Source: Anthoceros angustus (taxonomy: Eukaryota > Plantae > Anthocerotophyta). Taken from it: a stretch of 64,000 nucleotides of DNA. This document shows positions 48,727 to 60,401 of the stretch, in pieces. The stretch covers positions 1,364,001-1,428,000 of the forward strand of contig MU008160.1 in NCBI GenBank assembly GCA_010909165.1, read 5' to 3'. Position 1 is the first letter of the stretch. Each line of letters starts with the position of its first letter. The position numbers were made by a program, and so were the translations under genes. Below the pieces are notes generated by a model. It was not told the origin of the DNA and did no database searches. It saw only the letters and a list, made by a program, of their open reading frames with translations.

Positions 48727-50361
48727 ATGCGCTGTGTCCGCGTCCAGAGCGGGTTGGGCTTGAGAATGATAGTCCGGATGCATCATGGTCATCCGGTCAC
48801 AAGAGGGCGGCATCTGCAGCCACCCATTTCTATCAGGAGGTGGGTTTTGCTGCCTGCACACCTGGATTGGGGATGTCGAATGCAGTGTTCAATGCTGCTT
48901 GCATTTCACTGACTCTAATGTTTCATCACGCAGGGTGATGCATCTGTTAGCAACAGTGGATGCAGTGCCGGACATGTGAGTGTGGGACAGGACGAGCATG
49001 ATTATCTGGATGGGTCTCCTCTGCATTTCAGGAGAAATATGATTGCATCGTCTCTGGCATTTGCAGTTCTGGCCCCAACTGGGTGGTTTTCCGACGCAGT
49101 GAGAGCCGAAGCTGCTGAACAGCCTTCTCCTCCCTCTGCTTCTGCCGACGTCAAGCCATCACCATTTCCAGTTAGCACCGAGTCATGGTACCGCTACAGA
49201 GGCCAAGGATTTGTCGTTAAGGTGCCCCCTGACTTTGAGGACTTGCAGGAGCCTGAGGTATGCCATACTGCCAGCATGGTTACCAGCAGGAGCGTCTTCC
49301 ATTTGATGTTTGTGATCTGAGCTGTTTTGTCATATTTCATTCTACTGGGCTGCCCTTGCTAGTAGAGTTCATATCAAGTGAAGCCATTGGCTTGCGTTGC
49401 AGGAGTTTGTGGATACTGGTGACTCCCTGTATGGTGAACGAGCTAAAGCTAAGCCATTCGCTGCTCGTTTCGGATCGGTCGACAGGTACTCTTGTTTTCA
49501 GCTTCAGGCACTTCTTCCTCGGTCGAGTGAGTGAGAGCCTAGCTATCTATGGAGGCTTTCTCTTCTTCTCTCTTCTTGTCACGCATCTGTCATCTACGAC
49601 ATTGATGTGCCACAGGAAGGAGGTCCTGAGTATAGTTATAAAGCCCGCTTCACAACTGAAACTTTCGTTCTTTGAGGTAACCTACTGCTCTTCTCTCCTC
49701 TGTGCATCAAGCATGCCGAACATCTTTCTTCTCATGTTGTCGTTAGCATGAAGTCTGTCCATAACTTGTCTAAGATGGACTGAACGGGGTCTAATGTGAA
49801 GGCCGATGATATCACTGCTCTTGGATCTCTCGAAGACGCTGCAAAGATTTTTGTTCCAGGTAACTCCTCTTCTCACTTTGTCAGAGCTGTGAAAGCGTGA
49901 GCTTTCGTTGGCAAGTCTGAACGTGAGCTGGTGGAGCTCTGCAGTAGGAGCGAGAATCATAGGAGCACGATCTCTGCTCTCCGACAGTGCACGGGGCACC
50001 AGGTAAAGCAGAGCTTCTTCAGCATCTCGTGTAGCACAGTGGCCTGCGAAGCATGACGTCTGCTGTGCTTTGGTTGCACTTGTTCAGGACATATTACCTG
50101 TATGAATTTGTGACGCAAGACAAACGCGTGGCCATGGTTGCTGGTGCAGCCAGTGGACAGGTGATCAAGCTCGTCCTTCCCTGCCACTCCCTAGACTCCA
50201 TCACAAACCCTAATTCCACAGTGCAGCAGACTGAGATTCCATGCGGCCTTGTTCCCTCCCTGCTGCAGGTGTATGTGGCAGGAGCCATGGCTTCGCAAAG
50301 CAGGTGGCGAGAGTCTGCAGCCAAATTGCGCACAGCCGCTTTGTCGTTCTCAATCCGATAG
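48727..50361 (+). CDS. PPD5: PsbP-domain thylakoid lumen protein (PPD5-like), multi-exon
   Basis: Lumenal signal ending AVRA; WYRYRGQGFVVKVPPDFEDLQEPE, EVLSIVIKPASQLKLSFFE, RTYYLYEF, and VYVAGA.A..S.W......LR.AA.SF. Start codon tentative. Confidence 0.75.
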
Positions 50362-50601
50362 CAAGCGTTCCTCACTTCCGAACACTGCCCACGAATCTGC
50401 TGTTCTGGTGTGGTGTTAGGGAGGCGTGCACGGTGTCTGATATACGTGCTGAGAGATCCAGCTCCGCAGAATGTATTGGCTGCAGTAGGTTTCTTGTTCA
50501 AACCGACCGGCTTCTTCAGAAGCCAGGACTTTTTGCGGGTTTGTTGAAAGAGCGTGGTGAACGTGTGACATGGTATAGAATGCCCAGCGGTTTCAGGGAC
50601 G

Positions 50602-52026
50602 ATGGCTCATCCAAATGCGTTCGTCACCAATCCCCACAAGCTGAGAAAAGAGGAATTTGTGAGCAATCTGAATGGCACCAGCATGCTGGAGATCGCAGCT
50701 CTGTCAGCGGTGGTGCCGGGGTTTATGGTTTTGGGGCAGATAGTGGCCAGCTACACTGCGTTCAGGACCCCGTTGGCTGCCAAGGGCGGACGATTGAGGA
50801 GCGAGCTGGTTAGGTCTGTAGGAATCGAGCTTACGGTGGTGATCCTGCCGATTCTGGCTAGCCTCACTGTCCTTGCCGATTCTGTCAATGTCGTGCTTAC
50901 GATCTTGGCCTGCGTGCTGCTAACTTGCTTTTTGCTTCTCCGGTGCACAAGTCGGACCACCGAAGATGAACAGCAGGTGGTGGGCTCTCCTCGCAGGTCC
51001 TTCCTTTCATCGTACAGGTGCGCCATGATGCTGGTGACATGCATCACAATTCTTGCTGTGGACTTCACAATCTACCCCAGAAGGCTGGCCAAGACAGAGA
51101 CCTATGGCACAGGGTTGATGGACGTGGGAGTAGGATCGTTTGTGGTGGCTAACGCATTGGTCTCCAGACAAGCAAGAGGTTTGCCGCCCATGCATGGGGC
51201 TGTGCTGAGGAGCACCAGCCCCCTTCTCATCCTTGGCTTTGCCAGGCTGTTTCTGACCAAAGGTGTGGACTACCAGGAGCATGTTGCAGAGTACGGGCTC
51301 CATTGGAACTTCTTCTTCACGCTCGCTGCTGTGACTCTCCTCACATCCGTGATCCAGATCCCGGCCTCTGTGAGTGGGCTTGTAGGCCTCTTCATTCTTG
51401 CAGCATATCAAGCATGGCTATCCTCCGGGCTCAACGAGTATCTGCTGTCGTCAGAGAGGGGCTCCAGCATCGTGAGCTTGAACAAGGAAGGCCTGTACAG
51501 CACTTTGGGATACTGGGCCCTCTATCTTATCAGTGTTCAGCTGGGGTTCATGGTAAACCAGTCAGCTGGGCTTGTGTTCAAGAGATTCAGGACTGTAACC
51601 GATGATGACAAGCTCAGGGAGGAGTCTGCCCGCTGGTACACCGCTATGGAAATATGTGGCTTGGATGCCTTGTTCTGGATTCTGGCAGCTGTGACTGATC
51701 AGTTCGTTGAGCGAGTGTCACGGCGAACATGCAACCTGGCCTATGTTCTATTTGTTTTGGGGCAGAACTTCCAGGTGATCGGAAGTTTCGCCCTGGCAGA
51801 AGCTGTTCTTCCTCTGAGACGGATGATTTGGATGGATGCCTTCGATCAGAACCTTCTACCAACGTTTTTGCTGGCAAATGTGCTCACCGGACTTGTGAAC
51901 TTGAGCACGGACACCATCTCGGCCACCCCGATTTGGGCATTCTCTACACTCATTGCGTACCTTGCCTTCCTTGCTGGAGGCATGACCCTCGCCCAAGCCT
52001 TCCACCTCAAATTGAAGTTCTGGTGA
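50602..52026 (+). CDS. PIGW: GPI inositol acyltransferase PIG-W/GWT1, intronless CDS
   Basis: KEEFVSNLNGTS, YR..MML.TCI.ILAVDF..YPRR.AKTET.GTGLMD.GVGSFV, YQEHV.EYG.HWNFFFTLA, N.EG..S and VSRR.CNLAY; multi-pass TM. Confidence 0.95.
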   Translation: MAHPNAFVTNPHKLRKEEFVSNLNGTSMLEIAALSAVVPGFMVLGQIVASYTAFRTPLAAKGGRLRSELVRSVGIELTVVILPILASLTVLADSVNVVLTILACVLLTCFLLLRCTSRTTEDEQQVVGSPRRSFLSSYRCAMMLVTCITILAVDFTIYPRRLAKTETYGTGLMDVGVGSFVVANALVSRQARGLPPMHGAVLRSTSPLLILGFARLFLTKGVDYQEHVAEYGLHWNFFFTLAAVTLLTSVIQIPASVSGLVGLFILAAYQAWLSSGLNEYLLSSERGSSIVSLNKEGLYSTLGYWALYLISVQLGFMVNQSAGLVFKRFRTVTDDDKLREESARWYTAMEICGLDALFWILAAVTDQFVERVSRRTCNLAYVLFVLGQNFQVIGSFALAEAVLPLRRMIWMDAFDQNLLPTFLLANVLTGLVNLSTDTISATPIWAFSTLIAYLAFLAGGMTLAQAFHLKLKFW

Positions 52027-52232
52027 GCGACATGCAAACTGTTGCACCTTGCAGCTAAAAATCTCTAGATACTATGGACTTCAAGAAAGCACATAGAATT
52101 TCTTAAGCATGTAGGGGGGAAATTTCCTTACTACCTTCACCTTGACAGTCTTAAGGTGAGAACGATGTAGTGGACAATTCGAAGTTTTAATTTTAATGTA
52201 CAAAATTTAATAAGCGTCGACAGGCCAACTAT

Positions 52233-52313
52233 GTGGTCGTGCCGGAGTGGTTATCGGGCATGACTAGAAATCATGTGGGTTCGCCCGCGCAGGTTCGAAT
52301 CCTGCCGACCACG
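52233..52313 (+). tRNA. tRNA-Ser (anticodon AGA)
   Basis: Acceptor stem GTGGTCG/CGACCAC+G; anticodon stem CATGA/TCATG with loop CT-AGA-AA at 52266-52268; long variable arm; GGTTCGAATCC T-loop; upstream CAA motif. Confidence 0.97.
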
Positions 52314-52682
52314 AACACTAGAGTGGTGTGTCGCCTGTCATCCTATTTCTTTTATGTGCACACTCAGTTCTTTCCTCATGCAAGTAAGTTATGTGCATAC
52401 TCAATTCCTTCTTCATTGCAAATAAGTTGACCCTAATAATATCTTTGCCTTGCCGGCTTGCTACTCCGTCCTTAGTGGACTTAAATAAAATTCTTCTTCT
52501 TCTTCCTTCTTCTGCTCCGTCCTTAGTGAACTTAAATAAAATTCTTCTGCTCCGTCCTTAGTGAACTTAAATAAAATTCTTCTTCTTCTTCTGCACCCTC
52601 CTTATAAGTTGACCCTAATAATGTCTTTGCCTTGCCAGCTTGCTGCTCCCTCCTCCAAATGTATTTATAAGAACATCGTTAC

Positions 52683-52963
52683 TAAGCATCTTGCGCTTAT
52701 TACACACATTTATCAGAATATCGTTCTTAAGCATCATGCGCTTAGATTGGTACTTAGATGGGGTGCCTAAAGGGAGTGGATGCCCTTGGTGAAGTAGCTT
52801 GGGCACACCATGGTACAAGTTGCTAAGTACCACGTCCGATATTCTTAAGCATCTTGCGCTTAGATCGGTACTTAGATGGGGTGCCTAAAGGGAGTGGATG
52901 CCCTTCATGCAAGTAGCTTGGGCACACCATGGTACAAGTTGTTAAGTACTAAGTCCCATGACA
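52683..52963 (+). repeat. Dispersed repeat family (two tandem ~117-bp copies), homologous to 9129-9289
   Basis: Shared GATCGGTACTTAGATGGGGTGCCTAAAGGGAGTGGATGCCCTT core. Confidence 0.9.
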
Positions 52964-54121
52964 GGTTCTTCTTCTTCCCCTTGTTTTTGCATAAATTCAA
53001 TATTTTTCTCATTGCAAATAGATTGACCCAATAATGTCTTTGTCATGTCGGTGTAGTGCTTCCTCCTCCCCTCGTTGCAAATAGGTACCCAATGATGTCT
53101 TTGCTATGTAGGCTTGTTGTTCCCTCCTTCCCATTCCCTCATGTGCTTATATTCCCATGTGTGTATGGTCTACGTATCTATCTTCTATTTGAAAATGTTA
53201 CCTACTCTTTGTAGCACAATTTTATACAGACCTTGGAGGATAATTTCACAAGAAATTTGAACAATAATTTCACAAGAACTTTGAACAATAATTTCACAAG
53301 AACCTTGAAGTATAATTTCTTAAAAACTGTGAAGTTTCCTTTGTAGATCTAAGAGAGAATGTACAGGAGTGATATGACGCGTTTTCTTTGTCTCTCCCGG
53401 CGTATGATATCGTGCACGTTATAATGACTAGGTTTTGGTATATGTAGTAAATTTGTATGCTAACGAATAACTATTAAATGGGATAGTTTCCACAAAAGAA
53501 CTCTTACCAAAAAGTTCGACTGTCACAACAACAAATTATTACAACCCAATAACATACATATAAATTTTCACATTCCCCTATTTATAGCTTAGTTCACTAA
53601 TAATAAGGACCTCAATGGATTGGTAGTTTGCAAAGGCCATTAGCTCAGTTCAATTCACTTCTAACCCACGTCAACACAAAACTGAATCGAATCAGTACCC
53701 GGAAAAGATCTAACATAACATGGTTCTCTGTCCTCGGCTAACGTAAGCAGTAGTGATTGGATTTCAATTCGGTTTGAATCAATTCGGAGGCCAATTTGAA
53801 CCAGTGCGAAAAACCCAAGGTTTGACGACAAACTGTGAGGTTAATATACGTACTTTTACGGTGTACACATTACATTTTGAGCACCACGAACTGTGAGGTT
53901 AATTTACATAGTTTTACGATGTACATATTACATTTTGAACACTAGCCTGCTATATCTCATTCAAATTTCTCCTTCATATGTCAGGGAGATGGCCGTAGCT
54001 ACTCACCCACATAAAAGAACCTAGCAGGCTTCATCCTCATCAATCTCTTCCACCTTAAAGCACGCACATCTGCAAACTTGCTCATCAAAAAGCGCTAAAA
54101 CCTTACGTTGCTTCTTTCTTT

Positions 54122-55105
54122 TACCCACCAACCTGAATCTTGGCATAGGCTTTCACCCACCAATCTGAATCTTGGCATAGGCTTTTACCCACCAACCTGA
54201 ATCTTGGCACAGGAAGATGTACTTCGCTAGCTTCCACCATGTTGTGCAACTGATTCACCCACATGAAAAGATGCTTGGCTAAACATAGAACCTCGTCATC
54301 TTCATCATTCGACATTTTTCTCCGTTTAAATCCTAGCCCAACATAGCCAAATTGCTTTTGGTAGCCAAATAGAAGTTCATGAATACCCATGAATAATAGC
54401 TCAAGATGAACACTCGAGTCTGCAAAAGCAGCAAGAATTTAGTTTGTGGTTCCTAAAGTTATGAACCTCCCCATCTTCAGCACTATTGTGTTTAGACGAA
54501 TTGAGAACTGGTTGACTTACCGAGATGTTGGGCACAAAACCCTACAAGCAAAAAAGAGTTTTAGATTTGGCATCGGATACAATGGAATACGTGCCAAAAA
54601 GAGGATCGTAGCCAGATCTCAAACGGGTGACTTGGGGTAATTTCTATCCAATTGGCCTATCCGTGGGATCATGGTTCATTATTTACAGTTTGGTTAACAG
54701 TTCAATTCAATCTCAAAATTGGACTGAACTGTCCAGGTAGGAGCTGAACTGTCTAGTTGGTACACGGTTAGTGTAACTAAATTGTGAAACTGGATGGGTG
54801 TAGTTCGGGTGAACCGCCATTCCATATGGGTCCTAATCAATTCGATCTAAATTAAACTACACCCCGCCACTGTCCAGGTTGGAGCTGAACTATCTAGTTG
54901 GTACACGGTTAATGTAACTAAACTATGAAACTGGACGGGTGTAGTTCGGGCGAACCGCCATTCCATATGGGTCCTAATCAATTCGATCTAAATTAAACTA
55001 CACCCCGCCACGTCAACAAACTATATGCCACATCGGATTGTGTCTGTGCCGCCAATCTATAATGATCCTAATCAGTTCGATCTAAATTAAACTACACCCC
55101 GCCAC
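54122..55105. repeat. AT-rich TE-like island with a 33-bp unit x~2.7 (54122-54210) and a 141-bp unit x2 plus a partial third (54729-55105)
   Basis: TACCCACCAACCTGAATCTTGGCATAGGCTTT repeats; CTGTCCAGGT.GGAGCTGAACT...ATTAAACTACACCCCGCCA at 54729 and 54870. Confidence 0.8.
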
Positions 55106-55507
55106 ATTAGCCAACTACATGCCACATCGGATTGTGTTCTAGTTCATGTAGTTTTAAATTTACCATGTGGCCAACTAGTAGCTGAACTGCAATTCAACTA
55201 CACCCAAACCGCCAAAACGAAAAGGTCCTATGTATTCGGACGGGTCTTGAGATGGCAGTGTACCTACATACGGACTGGATGTAGAACTGGTATATATATA
55301 TATAAGGTATATACAATAAAGGTATCTGTTTATATATATGTATACGATATGTACATATGTATAACGTAAGTATGTACGAGTGCAGAGGAGTCGGTGAGTC
55401 GGTGCTGAACATCACGAGTGGCGAAGGGGCAGCAGTTAAGTGTCCCAGGACACTTTTCTTCAATGCTCCAATTCACTTCTGCGATGTGTCGTCACCCCCC
55501 GTTGATG

Positions 55508-55558
55508 CATCCTCTCGTGAGAAGCATCCTCTCGTGAGAAACATCCTCTCGTGAGAAA
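55508..55558. repeat. 17-bp unit x3 (CATCCTCTCGTGAGAAR) upstream of the SD2-5 gene
   Basis: Direct inspection. Confidence 0.95.
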
Positions 55559-55935
55559 TCGTATGCTCGTGAAAGCGAGGAAAGGCCTCTGTCGGTTAGA
55601 TATCTGCTGGTGAGGCAGATGTACTGGCCCGATAGCGACTTCGGACGCAATTCCAGCGCTTGAGGAAACCAGGTACCTGCCACTGCCAGGATGTTAGAAA
55701 GAGAAATGCACGTGGTGAGCTCGCTGGCCGCTCCCGGCCAGCTCCTTTGCATCCTCCCGCCGATAGGACGGTGTGAGCATGGAAAATTCTGCACGATGAT
55801 CCCCGATTTCCACAGCTCCAATCCTGCAGACAGCCTTCCTTCTGCAAGTGTTGCATCAGCCTTCTCAGTTTCTCAAAAAAAAAACGCAGCCGTGGTGGTG
55901 GTTTTAGTACATATGGCGCTAAGATTAGAGGTAGA

Positions 55936-55980
55936 GGGAGCGGGAGCGGGAGCGGGAGCGGGAGCGGGAGCGGGAGCGGG
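55936..55980 (+). repeat. (GGGAGC)7 microsatellite upstream of the SD2-5 start
   Basis: Direct inspection. Confidence 0.97.
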
Positions 55981-56087
55981 TGTATGATATCCCTGCGTGT
56001 GGAGATGTAGGAGAAATTTCAAGCTGGCCGGGCCGTGATTGCCGTGCCTAAACTGCTAACCTTTGTACCTTGAATTCTGAGATTAAG

Positions 56088-58781
56088 ATGCTCCGTCCGC
56101 TTTCTCTGAACCTGTCCTGGTTCTCATCTTGTATCGTGGAGGCTTGGGTAATCTCCTCCCTCCTTGTGTTTCCTGTGCTCGGCGTGGTATATGACAGTCT
56201 TGCTGTGGGATTTACCGGATCTCGAGTGAATTTCATCGACTCCAATGGAGCGTTTCTGAGATCCGCAAACAACAGCTTCCAGCTAGGCTTCAGGTCAAGC
56301 ACGGATGGTTTCTATCTGTGCGTCTGGCATCCTGCAACGGATTTTGTGGTGTGGACTGCTAATCGGAATTCCCGAGTGAGGATCTCCGATCCCCTGGTCT
56401 TTCAGCGTGATGGAGATGTTGTTTTGAGCAACTCGAGTGCTGTGGTGTGGTCGACTGGCACGGGAAACTCCACAGCGACCAGCGTACAGTTGCAGGTACT
56501 ATCCTACTAGTTCTAGTCATTTTGCATCTGGCTTTTGTTAATGTAGTGTGTTTGATGAGGACGTTGAAAACTGGTGGAGCAGGAAACCGGCAATCTGGTT
56601 GTTCTGAGCAACGACACCACCGTGCTGTGGCAAAGCTTCGACCATCCCACAGACACTTTGCTGGTAGAGCAGAAGTTCAACAGCGTCTCCAAGCTCGTGG
56701 CTAGTGTGTCAGATGGAGACCTATCTGAAGGCAACTATTCTCTCTCGATGTTTCAAGGGGATTTGATGCTGATGGCATCAGCTGCAAACGAGGAACAATT
56801 GTACTGGAGCATGAGACGCGACGCAAGAAGCACTGCTCAGGCCAATGTCACAGGCAGTCCGGCCTTTGCGATGCTGTCAGGACATGCTTTAGGGCTTTTC
56901 ACGAGTGAACGGCTGCTTGTCTCACAGTTCTCTGTTGGCAACGGCGGAACACGTCCTAGAGGGCTCACCTTGAAGGAGGATGGCATGCTGGAGGCTTTCT
57001 ATATCGATAACACAGGAGCAACGTGGGCAGACAGCCAGTTCTCTGCCCCTGGTGATGATGCTTCCTGCAAGCTGCCTGGCACATGCGGACCTTACGGTAT
57101 CTGCACTCAGGGGCAATGCCGGTGTGCTGTTCCCTTTGTTCCTGTCAATGGTACAAACCAGTTCCTAGGTTGCCAGCTGCCGGAGAATGTCGGTCGGGTC
57201 GCCGCTGGTTGCTCTTCGGAAACGATAGGCATGGTTGCTGATGTTCGATGGTTGCAGATTACTAGTCCTGCGGGAGGGGTGAACTACTTCTCAAACCAGT
57301 ATGAGAGTCCGGTGAAGACGGGAAGTTTATCAGCCTGCAAGGAACTCTGCGCCCAAAACTGCTCATGCTCAGCTCTATTCTATTGGGATACCACTGGGGA
57401 CTGCTACTTGGTGGACCAGGTGGCCACGTTGCAGTCGGATGATGACCCTAAACATGTGGCATTTGTCAAGGTCGCACTGTCGTCAGCGAAAGGTGTGTAT
57501 CACTTCACTGTCTGCACTTTTCACAAGCACGTAATTCTCGCGAGATGTTTGTTACACCGTGTTTTATTCTGACAAATTTCTCACCTGGCAGGTGGTACCA
57601 GCATTGCCACTATCAGCACCATCTGCATCGCACTCCTCATACTGCTGGCCTCCGTTCTCCTGGGAATGCGAATCTGCAGAGGTAAGAAAACGGGCGAGCT
57701 GGAAGATACTGAGAACATAGAGGAGGAGATGTTCCTCGAAGCAATACCAGGGCTTCCCATGCGATTCTCATACAAGGAATTGGAACGGGCCACTCTCAGC
57801 TTCAGCACCAAGTTGGGTTCTGGAGGTTTCGGTTCAGTTTATGAAGGCACTCTCGCAGACGGCAGCAAGGTGGCTGTGAAGAAGCTAGAGAGCCTTGGGC
57901 AAGGCTTCAAGGAATTCCGGGCAGAAGTGGCCACAATTGGGAGCATCCATCATTTACACCTCGTCCAGCTCCGAGGCTTTTGCGCAGAGGGAGTGCATCG
58001 GCTTCTTGTGTACGAGTACCTCGCCAATGGGTCCCTCGACAAATCTCTCTTTTCTGCAAAGAAGAATCTGCAGTGGCATCAAAGGTTCAACATTGCGCTC
58101 GGCACAGCACGAGGACTTGCCTACCTGCACGAGGAATGTCGTGAGAGGATCATTCACTGCGACATCAAGCCTGAGAACATCCTACTAGACGAGCATTTCG
58201 TGGCCAAAGTTTCGGATTTTGGGCTTGCAAAGCTGATGAACAGAGAGCTGAGCCAAGTGTTCACCACCATGAGAGGCACCCGAGGCTACCTTGCTCCAGA
58301 GTGGGTTACAAACTACGCCATTACCGAAAAAAGCGACGTGTTCAGCTATGGAATGGTGCTGCTAGAAATCGTCAGCGGCAGAAAGAACTTCGATTCCTCA
58401 GAGACCTCCGAAAAATGGTACTTCCCAGCCTATGCTTTCCGGCAAGTGGAAATCGGCAACATCTCTGAGTTGCTGGATCCCAAGCTCCAGGGACGTGTAG
58501 ACGGCAACATGGTTGCTCTCGTGCTCAGAGTGGCTCTTTGGTGCATCCAGGAGGATGTCACCCTGAGACCTTCCATGGGTAAAGTCGTGCACATGCTGGA
58601 GGGCAACATCCACGTCCCCCAGCCTCCCCTGTGCAGCCAGTTCTTCGGAGGCCTCTGCCCCAAGGTAGATGCCGCTAGTGGATCCAGCAGCCACTCTCTA
58701 CACGGCTTTGACGGGTTCGGGGAGTACGAGGGAGTGAAATTGAGCCAACTTTCTGCTGAGCGCTTATCTGGACCCAGGTGA
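56088..58781 (+). CDS. SD2-5: G-type lectin S-receptor-like Ser/Thr kinase (SD2-5-like), 3 exons
   Basis: Exons 56088-56495, 56583-57492 and 57592-58781. B-lectin (VVWTANRNS, LWQSFDHPTDTLL), EGF-like (CKLPGTCGPYGIC), PAN (CKELCAQNCSC), TM, and kinase LGSGGFGSVY, VAVKKL, HCDIKPEN (non-RD), DFG, RGTRGYLAPEW. Confidence 0.95.
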
Positions 58782-59088
58782 GCATGCAAGACCACTCCAG
58801 ACAAGAATCAACAGCAGCAGCAGAAAGGTAGAAGACGACACTTCCACATCCGGTACTGTCTTCTTAAACTACAGCCTCCAGCGGCCTGTATGTCACAGCA
58901 GCATCTGCTCCGACGAGGATCCCAAGAGTTCATTCCTACTAACCCTCCCAGGCTGCGAACAGATTTCCTGGAGGGATCCTCCAGTTTCATCACAACCATT
59001 CCTATGTAAGTATTTTACACACCCGAAAAGTGTTGCCCATGGGTGATAAAGAAGGACCAGGACTACTACCTCATGCCTCTCACGCGGC

Positions 59089-60018
59089 TCAATTGTCTCT
59101 CCCACGAACAGAGGCAGGCCGCCTGTACCCGGTCTCAGCTAGCCCGCTGTCCACAAGAAACTTGGTGTACGAAGCTTCCAATTCGGCATACGACTGGTAG
59201 AGATCCATCTCCTCGTCCTCTTCGCATTCCTCCACCCCATCCGCCCTCTTGGCACTGCCACTGGCAAGAGCCAACGCAACAGGCTCAGCCGGCAACTCCC
59301 CGGCCTTGAATTCCCCCATGCGTCCCTTCCATCCCCGCAGCTGGTCCCGGTGGTGAATGTCCCATCTGGCATCCTCCACCAGCCTCGCCTGCACCATGTC
59401 CTCCGCACTGGCTCGAATCCTATCCACCAAGCACCTCACGCAGAACCCCAAGATCGGGGCCAGCAGAAACACGGGGACGGCAAATCTCGCCAACCCAACC
59501 ACCGGCCCCGCTGAACCTCCCCTCCCGCCACCTTCTCCGGCTTCAAACCCTACCGCCTGCGACACAACTGGCTCCGTCATGTCCGTGATGACGGCCGAGA
59601 CCCTGGTGAACCCTCCCGGCAGCACGGGCACAACCAGCACCTGCCCCGCCCGAAGCACGTCGATGTTGGTCACGTCGTTGGCCAAGGCGATGGAGCGCAT
59701 CGTCGTATTGTGCTGCTTGGCGATGGAGAAGAGCGTGTCCCCCTCCTCCACACGGTGGTAAACCCTGGGCCCCTGGGCCAGCCTTTCCTTCGCCGTCCTG
59801 TGCCTTCCATTTCCCGCTGCAGCACGCAAGGCATGCAAATGCGGCCTCCTGTCGCCTCCTAAGCACCACGCCCGCAGCGACACGGGAGAGGCAAGCTTCC
59901 TGCTTTCGCACAAGAAAGACGTCTCCTTCCTTCCGCACAAGGACTTCCCTCCGAGACCGAGCCTTGCGGTTGCAGCCAGCTCCATGTAGGTCGAGCTCCC
60001 GCTCACTCCATAGCTCAT
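59089..60018 (-). CDS. LysM-domain transmembrane protein with a plastid-transit-like N-terminus (At4g09970-like C-terminus), intronless
   Basis: LysM YHRVEEGDTLFSIAKQHNTTMRSIALANDVTNIDVLRAGQVLVVP; TM FAVPVFLLAPILGFCVRCL; C-terminal helix YQSYAELEASYTKFLVDSG; Ser/Arg/Ala-rich leader. Confidence 0.8.
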   Translation of the reverse strand: MSYGVSGSSTYMELAATARLGLGGKSLCGRKETSFLCESRKLASPVSLRAWCLGGDRRPHLHALRAAAGNGRHRTAKERLAQGPRVYHRVEEGDTLFSIAKQHNTTMRSIALANDVTNIDVLRAGQVLVVPVLPGGFTRVSAVITDMTEPVVSQAVGFEAGEGGGRGGSAGPVVGLARFAVPVFLLAPILGFCVRCLVDRIRASAEDMVQARLVEDARWDIHHRDQLRGWKGRMGEFKAGELPAEPVALALASGSAKRADGVEECEEDEEMDLYQSYAELEASYTKFLVDSGLAETGYRRPASVRGRDN

Positions 60019-60401
60019 GCTCCCGACCTCGGCGCGCCTAGGTCACGGCAGCCGGGAACGCAGCCTGCAACATTTCACGCTCCACGACCCGCGAGCTCCC
60101 ATTCCAAGAAACCTGCAAGACATGAGCTGCGAGAACGTCCTGTGCCGAAAACCGGGACGAAGGGAAGCAAGGAAGTGTCGAATTTCGCTGAGCTGATCCT
60201 GGAACAGGGAAGGCAAGAATGTGAGCATCGGCATGAACATGACAACGGCTTCCAATTCACACGACAACGCAGCATCGTTTGTATAACCAATGAGCGGGAA
60301 GGCGGCAAAATGGGGACTGAAAATATCTTAGGTTTCTTCCCACCTGGATTGCCGCAGCTGCTAGCTGTGGCGGAGTTTCCAGGAAGTTGTGATGCGTGGC
60401 G

